64,000 nucleotides of DNA from a bacterium (GTDB lineage: Bacteria; UBA8248). Shown here piece after piece: positions 10,829 to 20,182 of the stretch. The first letter of the stretch is position 1. Each line of letters begins with the position of its first letter. Made by a program: the position numbers and the translations under genes. The stretch is taken from contig OZ251456.1 in NCBI GenBank assembly GCA_965242545.1, positions 2,618,775 to 2,682,774 of the forward strand. Reading direction: 5' to 3'. Below the pieces are notes generated by a model. The model worked only from the letters and a program-made list of their open reading frames with translations. It searched no databases and was not told the origin of the DNA.

Positions 10829-12100
10829 CTAGCCGGCGTCCTCAATCCGCGCCGACCTGTAAATGATTTCGTCATCGAGCAGGTTCGTTGAAAGTCCGTG
10901 CAGAACGCTGAAGGGCCTCATCAGGGGATTGATGAAGCGATACCTGTAGCGTCTGGGCGCTCCCGTTTTTTCGAGAACCGACCCCCGCTTCTCCGAACAG
11001 AAATCGTTCAGATGTCTGGCGAAAACGGGAATATAGCATCTTCTGCCGAGAATTTCCGAAAGAGGCCCGGAAACGGATGACGCGGAGAAATACCCGAGCG
11101 GATCCGTTTTCGTCAGCGCGCACGCGGTCAGGACTTCCCAGTAGATGTTTCTTTGGGGGCTGGAGACGGCCGTCGTATGCGCGCTCAGCAGGCTGTACGA
11201 CTTTCGCACCGCGCTTTCAATCGCGTTGCGAACGTCCTCCGCCGTCGCCCGCGTTCGCCCGTTCTCCAGCGCTTCGTACGCGGAGTATTGACCAAGCAGA
11301 TGCGCGAAATGCGGGAGTCCCTGGGACAGCCGCGAGATATATTCCTTCGCCTCGCGCTTCATTTCCATGCCGCACCTGCCCATCCCGGTATCCAGAATGG
11401 AAACCAGCTCATCGTCGCTCATTCTCGGCATGGGCACCTGCACGAGGCACCGCTCGATGGATTTATGCTCCGAAATCAGCTGATCCACGGAATCGCCCAC
11501 TCCGGTAAGAATGATGGTCGTTCCCGTGGCGTGGTCGGACAGGTTTTTTATCGTATCGGCCAGCAGGGCGGAGGTGTTCTCGGTTTCGCCTTTCAATCTG
11601 TCCAGTTCATCGATGATGATGATCGTGTCCGGGCCGATCGCGTCCAGCCCGTGCCTGACGTCATCCGGCTGCCGCGGGCGGGCGCCTTCCAGGGATATTT
11701 CCGATCGCTCCGCGTTCGACGCGAACCCCGGCTTCAGTTTGGTCAAATTGAATTTCAACTCGCGAAAAATCTTGCCCCACAGGGAAGCGAAGTCATCCTG
11801 ACGATCGCAGTTGATGGTGCACGAGCTGAGAAACTGAAGATCCGTGGAGGATAGAAGCTCGGCGAGGACGCGAACGAGCGACGTCTTCCCTACGCCGGGT
11901 TCGCCAAAGACAATCGCGTGCTGACCCTTCTGAAAAACCGCCTTGATAATGTCATTCGTCTGCTCCCCCCTGCCGGCGAACAGGTCCAGGCTGTCTATCG
12001 GCGTTCCGGGCTGAAAGGCGAGTCCTATTTTGGCCCGATAGAAAACTTCTTCCGACTTGTCCACCTTCTGCTTTCCTTTCGCTGTATATTGGCGCGTCAA
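10829..12100 (-). CDS. AAA+ ATPase (AAA_16/Orc1-Cdc6-like) with probable winged-helix C-terminus
   Basis: LFAGR, GEPGVGKTS, IIIIDELDRL. Confidence 0.8.
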   Translation of the reverse strand: MTRQYTAKGKQKVDKSEEVFYRAKIGLAFQPGTPIDSLDLFAGRGEQTNDIIKAVFQKGQHAIVFGEPGVGKTSLVRVLAELLSSTDLQFLSSCTINCDRQDDFASLWGKIFRELKFNLTKLKPGFASNAERSEISLEGARPRQPDDVRHGLDAIGPDTIIIIDELDRLKGETENTSALLADTIKNLSDHATGTTIILTGVGDSVDQLISEHKSIERCLVQVPMPRMSDDELVSILDTGMGRCGMEMKREAKEYISRLSQGLPHFAHLLGQYSAYEALENGRTRATAEDVRNAIESAVRKSYSLLSAHTTAVSSPQRNIYWEVLTACALTKTDPLGYFSASSVSGPLSEILGRRCYIPVFARHLNDFCSEKRGSVLEKTGAPRRYRYRFINPLMRPFSVLHGLSTNLLDDEIIYRSARIEDAG

Positions 12101-12446
12101 CCCTCATAATATAAGACCAAAAGCTAACAATATAAAGGCGAACCCTGTTAAATTAGCGCCTTTCGCCGCCTGAACGCTGTAATAAGCTCCATATTAACGC
12201 GCCTCCTTGCCGAAGCCGACCCCCGCGAAAGAAACCCTCCTCCCCCGGAAAATGCCGCTTTCCGCTTTCCTTTCGCTGTTCATTGGCGCGTCAACCCTCA
12301 TAATATAAGACCAAAAGCTAACAATATAAAGGCGAACCCTGTTAAATTAGCGCCTTTCGCCGCCTGAACGCTGTAATAAGCTCCATATTAACGCGCCTCC
12401 TTGCCGAAGCCGACCCCCGCGAAGAGAAACCCTCCTCCCCGGAAAA
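12070..12446. repeat. Near-perfect tandem duplication (period ~194 bp) upstream of the AAA ATPase
   Basis: 12070-12252 repeats as 12264-12446 (GCTTTCCTTTCGCTGT...CCCCGGAAAA). Confidence 0.9.
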
Positions 12447-12489
12447 CGGCGCGGCGTCTCCGGCGTCTCGATCCGGCGACCCTCGAGCG

Positions 12490-14053
12490 TCATCGGGCGT
12501 CCTCCCGGCGCCCCCGCGCCTTCATCTCGTAGGGCGTCTGCCTGAATACGACGCCCTCCCGCTTGAGCGTCGCCGTCCGCAGGCGCGAGCCTTCCCCATA
12601 GACGACAAGGGGACAGCCCGGCGCGATCGCCGGACGCGCCCGCGCCGCCTCCGCGCGAATCGCGCCCAGGGTCGCGCGCGTGAGCACGTTGCCCCCGTCG
12701 GGACGCTTGTCCCCCAGAACCCCGTTGTAGAGCAGGGCGTAGGCGCGCCCCTCGTGGACGCCGAGAAAGGGGGAATCCCCGCCGCCGCTCCGGGGGCGGC
12801 CCGTCTCGGCGAACCAGACGTGGGCGGCGAGGACGGAAAAGCGGATATCCGGGCGGATGCGCCCCTCCGCGTCGAAGGCGGGCGGCCCCAGGCGATGGAA
12901 GCGGAAGCCCCCGCCGCCCCGCCAGCCGACGGCTTTGGAGATTCCCCCCCGCTCGCCCTCGATGACCTTCTCCATGCGGGGGACGCAGTGCGTCACGGCG
13001 TGTTCGCCCATCTCGACCCCTATCCACCGCCGCCCCATCTTGTGGGCGACCGCCGCCGTCGTGCCGGAGCCGAGGAAGGAGTCGAGAACGAGGTCGCCGG
13101 GGTCGGTGGCGATTTGGAGAACGCGCTGGATCAGCCGTTCGGGCTTGGGGGTATCGAAAACATCTGATTCGTTAAAAACGCGAGATTCTCGTTTCGCTTC
13201 CTGATTATCGCCAACCTCTTTTCGATACCATATCGTCTTGGAAACCGCGCCCTGCTTCACTTCGGAGAGAAATCTTTTTATCGAAGGCACGTTGCTGCCT
13301 TGCTTGCCAAACCATATTCGGTTGTCATCCACCATTTCCTGAAAGCCGCTCCTTTGAAACAACCCAACAACGACCAGCTGGCGGGTTGACGACACGGCCT
13401 GACGGCGTGGTGATGGGATAATCATAAACTGCGGAGTACGTTCTGACGTCCAAGCCGCTTACCTTCCATAAACCCCTTGGATCGTCATCCGGATTCTTGT
13501 AGCGGGCGTTCATTTCTTCCGTTCGCGGCAGGAGATTCGGTCTCCAAGTCTCTTTGGTTTTCGCAAAACAAATAACGTGATCGTGGGTGTCGGAAAGCCA
13601 TTTCGCATCATTCTGCGGCGCGTATTTCTTCTCCCAGATAACATTCGCCACGAAATTCCTGCGCCCAAACACCTCGTCCATGATGGTTTTCAGATAATGC
13701 GCCTCATTGTCGTCAATGGACGCCCATATCGAGCCGTCCTCCGCCAGCAGGTCGCGCAGGAGTTCGAGGCGCGGCCACATCATGGCGAGCCACCGGGCGT
13801 GTTCGAGGCTGTCGTCGTAGTGGGCGAAGGCGGAGCGCGTGTTGTAGGGCGGGTCGATATAGACGCACTTCACCCGCCCGGCGTAGAAGGGGAGGAGGGC
13901 TTTCAGGGCTTCGAGGTTGTCGCCCCGGATGAGCATGTTCGGGGCTTCGACGTCCCCGGCGGAGAGCGCCGGCGCCTCCTCCAGCAGACGCCAGGGCGCG
14001 CGCGACGCCGCGGCGATGTCCTCGGCGCGGGTGAGCCACGTCAAAGTGGGCAT
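12490..14053 (-). pseudogene. mod: Type III methyltransferase (Mod) split by a 1-nt frameshift near 13345
   Basis: N-half MPTLTW...YIDPPYNT; C-half TPKPE, VLDSFLGSGTT; removing one base joins VSKER to FQEMVDDNRIWFG. Confidence 0.85.
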
Positions 14054-14125
14054 CAGTCGGCGTCCTTCTTCGGGACTTCCGCCATCGCCGCCTCGTATTC
14101 GGCTATCCACCCCTCGGCTTGTTCT
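14012..14125. repeat. Direct repeat (pentapeptide gene 3' end plus mod 5' end), also at 17711-17824
   Basis: Near-identical GGCGATGTCCTCGGC...GGCTTGTTC in both places. Confidence 0.88.
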
Positions 14126-15525
14126 TTGGAGTAGGCTCCGGTGACCGCGCCGCTGTTTCGGGGCGGTTCATGGCTCGCCGGTTGGTCGATGTGGGATGCG
14201 AGTTTTGTCCGCAAACCCACCGTTTCCCAATCAGACAAGCCGACGACGAGATGTTCCACGCTTTTCCAAGTCAATCCGCCCGCGAAGACCACGTCGGAGA
14301 AGTCGCTTTTTTCGTCGATTCGCGCCCTGATACGTTTCGCGAAACTGCTTGGGCCCTCCTGCCTACTGCTGACCACTCCTTGCAACTGCGCATCGTTAAG
14401 ATACGCACTTTGGAAATCCGCTCCCGCAAGAAACGCGCCTTGCAAATGCGCCCCAACAAGATACGCCCCTTGCAATCGCGCCCCGACAAGATCCGCCCCC
14501 TGCAACTGCGTCTCCCGAAGTGACGCTTTCTGCAAACCCGACCCGCAAAGATCCGCCCCTTGCAAACGCGCCGCCTCAAGATTCGCCTCTTGCAACTGCG
14601 CACTCAAAAGCTCCGCTCCCTGCAACTGCGCCCTCCGCAGCTCCGCTCCTTGCAACTGCGCACCAAAAAGATCCGCCCCTTGCAATTCCGCTTCCGAAAG
14701 ATCCGCGCCTTGCAGACGCGCCTCCTTAAGATTCGCACCTTGCAGGTACACCCTCCGAAGATCCGCCCCTTGAAAATGCGCGTAATCAAGCAGTGCCCCT
14801 TGAAAATGCGCCCCGCTCAGGACGGCCTTTCGCAAACGCGCCTTCTCAAGATTGGCCCCGTTCAGCCAGCTTCCTTGCAAGTTGATATGAAGTCCATCGA
14901 AAACCTCATGCTCCTGGACAAAAAGCAGGGTGAGCAGACTCTGGATTTCCTCGGAGGGCCTCGACTTGTGCTTTTCCCGATACTCTTTCTCGCCCGTCGT
15001 CCGGCGGACGTGGGCGCAGAGAATGTCGAGCGCCGTTTGCCGCAACTCTTTGTTGTCCTGCGCCAGATGAAAGAGCTCGTAAGCCCCGCCCAACCGCACT
15101 GAGACTGCCCCATGGCCCAGATGCTCGATGGCGTTTTTCAGCCGCTCCTGCCGCAGACCCTTCTCGGCGTTCCGGTTCGCCTCCGCCTGCCGCTCCGTGG
15201 CCCCAGCCTGGGCGCGCGCCGCGTCCGCCTGCGCCCGCGCCGATTCCTCCATCGCCACGGCGCGCCGGTGGGAGTTGGCGGCCTGGATGGCGAGGATGAC
15301 GCCGCCCATGGCGACGCCGAGAGACTTCAGCGCCGTGAATTTCCGCTCATCCCCGTTCGCGATCCCGGAAAGGCGGTAAAACCATTCCGGCTCCCGGATC
15401 ACGACGATCAGAAAAAGCGCCAGCAGGATGACCAGCAGGGCGGCGAGAACGGCGACAATCGGATTTCCCCGCGCCCGGTCCCATATCCGCGCAAGGATAT
15501 TCTTCGGCGCGTCCGGCGGCGTCAT
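14053..15525 (-). CDS. Membrane-anchored pentapeptide-repeat protein A
   Basis: Two N-terminal hydrophobic helices; many A(D/E/N)LxxAxLQG repeats; stop codon overlaps mod ATG. Confidence 0.9.
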   Translation of the reverse strand: MTPPDAPKNILARIWDRARGNPIVAVLAALLVILLALFLIVVIREPEWFYRLSGIANGDERKFTALKSLGVAMGGVILAIQAANSHRRAVAMEESARAQADAARAQAGATERQAEANRNAEKGLRQERLKNAIEHLGHGAVSVRLGGAYELFHLAQDNKELRQTALDILCAHVRRTTGEKEYREKHKSRPSEEIQSLLTLLFVQEHEVFDGLHINLQGSWLNGANLEKARLRKAVLSGAHFQGALLDYAHFQGADLRRVYLQGANLKEARLQGADLSEAELQGADLFGAQLQGAELRRAQLQGAELLSAQLQEANLEAARLQGADLCGSGLQKASLRETQLQGADLVGARLQGAYLVGAHLQGAFLAGADFQSAYLNDAQLQGVVSSRQEGPSSFAKRIRARIDEKSDFSDVVFAGGLTWKSVEHLVVGLSDWETVGLRTKLASHIDQPASHEPPRNSGAVTGAYSKEQAEGWIAEYEAAMAEVPKKDAD

Positions 15526-15607
15526 GGAGGCGTCCTTCGCTCTGCTCGGGCGGGAGCGGACACCCTAAATCACGCGCGGCGCGGATTCAAGCGAGCCGCC
15601 TCCCCCC

Positions 15608-15694
15608 CCGCCTTATCAGCCCCGCCCGCGCGTGGTATCATCCTCCCCGGAATCGTTCCCCTGCGGGACGCGCGGAGGGATGGCCGAGCGGGCG
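15608..15694 (+). repeat. Copy 2 of the tRNA-Ser(TGA) promoter plus the first 21 nt of the tRNA
   Basis: Matches 19256-19342, including TGGTATCAT and GGAGGGATGGCCGAGCGGGCG. Confidence 0.9.
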
Positions 15695-15733
15695 CCTTAG
15701 CAACGAGACCGGGAGCATCAAAGAGACCGAGCG

Positions 15734-17110
15734 ATGAAAGTAAAGGTCAAAAATCTGGGCATTCTGCGGCAGGCCGAATTCAGCCTCGGCGATATCACCA
15801 TCATCTGCGGCGGCAACAACACCGGCAAAACGTATGCGACCTACGCGCTGTACGGGTTTCTGGCTACGTGGCGTAAGCACTTGGGCGCCAGAGCGAGCCT
15901 CATTCCCGACAAGGTGATTGACGACTTGCGCAACGACGGCCTCGCGCGCGTTAAGCCCATGGAATACGCCCAGAAGGCGAGAGATCTCCTTGACGCGATA
16001 TGCAAAGGTTACTCGTCGAGTTTATCCCGTGTTTTCGCGACGTCCGAGGAAAAATTTCAGGACAGCCAATTTCGGATATTCATAGACAACGACTCGTTTG
16101 GCTCCATAAAACCAAAACCATTGGAGCGCAGGATAGGCCCTTTGTCCTTTTCCATGGATGGGAGGAGCAGAGAATTAGAAATTTCTCTCGCTAGTTCGGA
16201 AATCCCTTCTTTTCCCTTAAGACGAAGGATTATGCGAATCATAAACGAAATTATTTTCGGCCATTTCTTTCCCGACGCATTCATCGCCAGCGCCGAACGA
16301 ACCGGCGCCGCGATTTTCCGTAAAGAACTGAACTTCGCCCGCAACCGGCTATTGAAAGAAATAAGCCAAGCGGATGATAAAATCGATCCATGGGAACTAA
16401 TGGACAAATCTTATCAAGACTATCCATTGCCCGTTGAAGAAAACGTTGATTTCATGCGGCAACTCGAGCGCGTTTCAAAGATGAAAAGCTTCCTCGCCGA
16501 GAAGCATCCTGACGTCCTGGAGCAGTTCGCCGACATCATCGGCGGCGCATACAAGGTAACTTCCAGCGACGAGCTGTATTTCACGCCCAGGGGAAAGCGG
16601 GTCAGGCTGGGCATGGACGAAAGCTCCAGCGGGGTGCGCTCCATGCTCGATCTGGGCTTCTATCTGCGCCACTCCGCGGAGCGCGGCGACCTGCTGATGA
16701 TGGACGAGCCGGAGCTGAACCTGCACCCCGAAAACCAGCGCCGCATCGCGCGGCTTTTCGCGCGGCTGGCGAACCTCGGCGTCAAGGTGTTCATCACCAC
16801 GCACAGCGACTACATCGTCAAGGAACTGAACACCCTCATCATGCTGAACCAGGACAAGCCCTATCTGAAAAAAATCGCCAAGCGGGAAGGCTACGACCAT
16901 TCCGAGCTCATCAGCGCCGACAAAATCAGGGTCTATATCGCGGAAGAGGCGCGCGTCAAACTCGACGGCAACAAGCAGAGGAGCCGCTGCCCCACCCTGA
17001 CGGAGGCGAAAATCGACCCGGAATCGGGCATCGAGGCGCGAAGCTTCGACGAGACAATCAACAAGATGAACAAGATTCAGGACGCTATCCTGTGGGAAGA
17101 CGAGGAGTAG
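15734..17110 (+). CDS. ABC/AAA_15-21 family ATPase (putative defence)
   Basis: GGNNTGKT, SSSGVRS, MMDEPELNLHP, ITTHS. Confidence 0.85.
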   Translation: MKVKVKNLGILRQAEFSLGDITIICGGNNTGKTYATYALYGFLATWRKHLGARASLIPDKVIDDLRNDGLARVKPMEYAQKARDLLDAICKGYSSSLSRVFATSEEKFQDSQFRIFIDNDSFGSIKPKPLERRIGPLSFSMDGRSRELEISLASSEIPSFPLRRRIMRIINEIIFGHFFPDAFIASAERTGAAIFRKELNFARNRLLKEISQADDKIDPWELMDKSYQDYPLPVEENVDFMRQLERVSKMKSFLAEKHPDVLEQFADIIGGAYKVTSSDELYFTPRGKRVRLGMDESSSGVRSMLDLGFYLRHSAERGDLLMMDEPELNLHPENQRRIARLFARLANLGVKVFITTHSDYIVKELNTLIMLNQDKPYLKKIAKREGYDHSELISADKIRVYIAEEARVKLDGNKQRSRCPTLTEAKIDPESGIEARSFDETINKMNKIQDAILWEDEE

Positions 17111-17111
17111 G

Positions 17112-17699
17112 ATGTCCGACTTGGCCATCCTGCGGGAGTTGATAAAAAAGGAAGCCATCGTTTCACCGACGAACACTCAGGACGGAAAACAAACCGCGAC
17201 CCTCGAAGAAACGGACGACAGAGGCGTCCTTCTGTATTCCGTAGAGATAAAGGGCATCCCGAAAGACGCCATCATCATCAAGGCGGATGAATTTCCCGCC
17301 CCGAAGCCGATTTTTAATAATACAAAGGGAGAATGCCGGCGGGCCGATTTCGCTATCGTCATCAACTCAACTGTAGGGAATTTCATTCTTTACATAGAAA
17401 TGAAAGAAGGGGAAGACAGCATAAAGAAAATCATCGAGCAGTTAAAGGGCGCGAAATGCTTCATGAGCTATTGCCGGGAGATTGTCCGCGCATTCTGGCA
17501 AAAGCGCGACTTTCTCGGGGCAGGCTACGAAAGCCGTTTCGTCATCATCAGAAAAATCAAAATGAGCATGGCGAAAAGACCAACAAGACCAACAGTGTCC
17601 ATACCCAAGGGCGGCCTGAACGATCGCCCGGACAATGCATTGAGAATTTCAGGGAAAGAGAGTCTGCATTTCCGCGAGCTGATTCATGGGAAGAAATGA
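17112..17699 (+). CDS. Hypothetical protein, possible PD-(D/E)xK nuclease partner of the ATPase
   Basis: Starts right after ATPase stop; RADFAIV...ILYIEMK pattern. Confidence 0.65.
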   Translation: MSDLAILRELIKKEAIVSPTNTQDGKQTATLEETDDRGVLLYSVEIKGIPKDAIIIKADEFPAPKPIFNNTKGECRRADFAIVINSTVGNFILYIEMKEGEDSIKKIIEQLKGAKCFMSYCREIVRAFWQKRDFLGAGYESRFVIIRKIKMSMAKRPTRPTVSIPKGGLNDRPDNALRISGKESLHFRELIHGKK

Positions 17700-17704
17700 T
17701 GGCG

Positions 17705-17752
17705 CTACATGGCGATGTCCTCGGCTCGGGTGAGCCATGTCAGGGTGGGCAT
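17705..17752 (-). pseudogene. 5' stub of a second mod gene (MPTLTWLTRAEDIAM*)
   Basis: First 14 residues identical to the Mod N-terminus at 14053. Confidence 0.75.
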
Positions 17753-19200
17753 CAGCCGGCGTCCTTCTTCGGGACTTCCGCCATCGCCGCCTCGTATTCG
17801 GCTATCCACCGCTCGGCTTGTTCCTTGTCGTAAATGCCGGAAACGACTCCCTTCTCCGTTGGTGGGGTATTATCAATTTTTTCCTCTTTACTATGATGGT
17901 CTCGTAGGAATTTCTTTAGCGAAGATTCATTATCTTTAGATAAACCTTCAATCACTTCGTCGATAGCTCCCGCCTTATCCAGCCCACCTTGGAACACGGG
18001 TCCATTGGAATCATTTTTCCCGTATTTTTTGAAGTCTTCCAACTCTTTTTTGCCTACTGATTTCAAGATACGAGCCCGAAACGTATAAGAATCCATTTGG
18101 CATTTCGCTCCCTGAAATCGCGCTTTCTCAAGCTTGGCGCCTTGTAATCCTGCTCTGCCGAGAACAGCGCCTTGCAACCACGCTTTTTCCATCGAAGCAC
18201 TCTGTAAGCCTGCCCTAAAAAGAACAGCTCCTTGCAGGCGCGCTCCCCTAAGATTCGCACATTGCAAGCGTGTATCTTTGAGGGAAATCCCTAGCAAGTT
18301 CGCATCTTCCAGAGAAGCCTCTTGTAATCTGGCTGAAGCCAAACTCGCTCCGTGTAAACGCGCCTTCGTCAAATTCGCTCCGTTCAGCCAGCTTCCCCGC
18401 AAGTTGATACGAAACCCCGAAAAAAGCTCATGCTTCTGCCTGAAAAGCATGGAAAGCAGGCTCTGGATTTCCTCGGAAGGCTTTGACCTATGAGCCTTCC
18501 GATAGTTCACCTCGCCCGTCTTCTGACGAATGTGTGCGCAAAGAATATCGAAGATCGTCTGGCGCAGCAATCCCTTCGAATCTATCGCAAGATCCTCCGT
18601 ATCCCGCGCTAGGTAAAAGAGCTCATAGGCCCCGCTCAGCCTCACCAAGTCCGACTCTTTACCCAGATGCTCAATACCGTTTTGCAGACGTTCCCGCAGA
18701 AGTCTTTGCTCAGTGTGGACGTTCGCTTTCGTCTGTGCTTTTGCGAGATCGAGTTGCGCATTTGCGGCGTTCTCTACTCCCCTAGCTCGTTTGTAAGAAC
18801 TGAAAGCCTGGATCGTGAGGATGACACCGCCCATAGCGACACCGAGAGATTTAAGAGTCGAGAATTTATGCTTATTATAGGGGATAGGGGGGTCACCCGC
18901 GTCGAATTTAAACCCGATCCATTCAGAAACCCACTTCACCTCAAAAAACAAGACGGTTAGGAAAATCACCACCAGCAAGACCAGTAGAGCGGCAAGAAAA
19001 AAGAGAAGCGGGCTTTTCTTCATAGTCGAGGACAACCGGTCGACAAGAGAAGCGAGAAGCGGATGAGTATTTTTTTGATCCTCCGCCGTCTCCCGCTGAT
19101 CCTCCGCCGTCTCCCGCTGATCCTCCGCCGTCTCCCGCTGATCCTTCCCCGTCTCCCGCTGATCCGAACGTGTCATGAGACATTCCTCTTTTTCACCCAA
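17752..19200 (-). CDS. Membrane-anchored pentapeptide-repeat protein B (paralogue/allele of A)
   Basis: Shares KSLGVAMGGVIL, DILCAH, SEEIQSLL, GSWLNGANL and the tail WIAEYEAAMAEVPKKDA with protein A. Confidence 0.88.
   Translation of the reverse strand: MGEKEECLMTRSDQRETGKDQRETAEDQRETAEDQRETAEDQKNTHPLLASLVDRLSSTMKKSPLLFFLAALLVLLVVIFLTVLFFEVKWVSEWIGFKFDAGDPPIPYNKHKFSTLKSLGVAMGGVILTIQAFSSYKRARGVENAANAQLDLAKAQTKANVHTEQRLLRERLQNGIEHLGKESDLVRLSGAYELFYLARDTEDLAIDSKGLLRQTIFDILCAHIRQKTGEVNYRKAHRSKPSEEIQSLLSMLFRQKHELFSGFRINLRGSWLNGANLTKARLHGASLASARLQEASLEDANLLGISLKDTRLQCANLRGARLQGAVLFRAGLQSASMEKAWLQGAVLGRAGLQGAKLEKARFQGAKCQMDSYTFRARILKSVGKKELEDFKKYGKNDSNGPVFQGGLDKAGAIDEVIEGLSKDNESSLKKFLRDHHSKEEKIDNTPPTEKGVVSGIYDKEQAERWIAEYEAAMAEVPKKDAG
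19076..19165. repeat. In-frame 21-bp tandem repeat (about 4 units)
   Basis: TGATCCTCCGCCGTCTCCCGC units encoding DQRETAE. Confidence 0.9.
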
Positions 19201-19321
19201 AGGATAGACTCAAAACTTATAGCACACGAAAGTCAAATGCAAGAGAAGTCGCCCTCCGCCTTACCGGCCCCGCCAGCGCGTGGTATCATCCTCCCGGAAT
19301 CGTCCCCCCTGCGGGACGCGC

Positions 19322-19407
19322 GGAGGGATGGCCGAGCGGGCGAAGGCGGTGGTCTTGAAAACCACTGAGCGAAAGCTCCGGGGGTTCGAATCCCTCTCCC
19401 TCCGCCA
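19322..19407 (+). tRNA. tRNA-Ser (anticodon TGA)
   Basis: GGAGGGA/TCCCTCC acceptor stem, loop CTTGAAA, long variable arm, GTTCGAATC, G discriminator, CCA. Confidence 0.96.
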
Positions 19408-19449
19408 GAAGAGGCCGCCGCGCCGCGCGCGAGGGAGCGCGGGACTCCG

Positions 19450-19541
19450 GGAGAGATGGCCGAGTGGCTGAAGGCGCTCGCCTGCTAAGCGAGTAGGCCG
19501 GGAAACCGGCCTCGAGGGTTCGAATCCCTCTCTCTCCGCCA
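19450..19541 (+). tRNA. tRNA-Ser (anticodon GCT)
   Basis: GGAGAGA/TCTCTCC stem, loop CTGCTAA, long variable arm, GTTCGAATC, CCA. Confidence 0.96.
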
Positions 19542-19613
19542 GATTCATCGCCGACCGTCGTCCTCCCGGCGGAAGCGCGCCGGAGGCCGTCATCGACCGC
19601 GGGAGAGGACGCC

Positions 19614-20108
19614 TTGAGCGGAGCCGTCGAAAGCGCGAAGGGGGGCAACTTCTTCCGCCTGGAGGCGGCGCAGCGGCTTCCCGTCCCGCTCGAGGCCGCC
19701 TGGGACTTCTTCTCGAACCCGCGCAACCTGCGGGAGATCACCCCGCCCGAACTGCGCCTCTCGGTGGTGAACGAGCCGCCCGCGCGGATGCACGCGGGCA
19801 TGATCATCCGCTACAGCGTCCGGCCCCTCCTGGGGATTCCCCTCGGCTGGGTGACCGAGATCACGCACGTGGAGGAGGGCCGCTTCTTCGTGGACGAGCA
19901 GCGCTTCGGCCCCTACCGCTTCTGGCACCACCAGCACCATTTCCGCGAGGTGGAGGGCGGGGTCGAGGCGCGCGACGTCGTTCACTACATGCTGCCCCTG
20001 GGGCCGCTCTCCGCGCCGGCGAACGCCCTCGTCGCGCGCCCGCGCCTGAAGCGCATCTTCGCCTACCGCGAGGAGGCGCTCGCGCGGCGCTTCGGCCGGA
20101 TGTCCTGA
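19614..20108 (+). CDS. SRPBCC family protein
   Basis: WDFFSNPRNLREITP, FVDEQRFGPYRFWHHQH. Confidence 0.88.
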   Translation: MSGAVESAKGGNFFRLEAAQRLPVPLEAAWDFFSNPRNLREITPPELRLSVVNEPPARMHAGMIIRYSVRPLLGIPLGWVTEITHVEEGRFFVDEQRFGPYRFWHHQHHFREVEGGVEARDVVHYMLPLGPLSAPANALVARPRLKRIFAYREEALARRFGRMS

Positions 20109-20182
20109 CGCCCGCCCGGACGCCCGGATTCGCCCCGGGGCCGGGCGAACGCTTCTTCCCGCGCCCTCCCCGGAGACGCTCC

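Noticed and set aside
13335-13355. Phase-variable mod (phasevarion)
   Set aside because: No simple-sequence repeat or long homopolymer at the frameshift.
14380-14880. 30-bp periodic repeats as a CRISPR array
   Set aside because: Explained by pentapeptide-repeat coding.
15674-15694. Additional tRNA gene
   Set aside because: Only the first 21 nt are present; no anticodon or T arm.
5831-19321. Prophage or integrase-encoding island/integron
   Set aside because: No integrase, transposase, phage structural gene or attC-like array was recognised.
19322-19407. tRNA with TGA in the anticodon loop as tRNA-Sec
   Set aside because: Anticodon TGA reads UCA (Ser); tRNA-Sec needs anticodon TCA and a longer acceptor stem. 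No selC was seen in the window.
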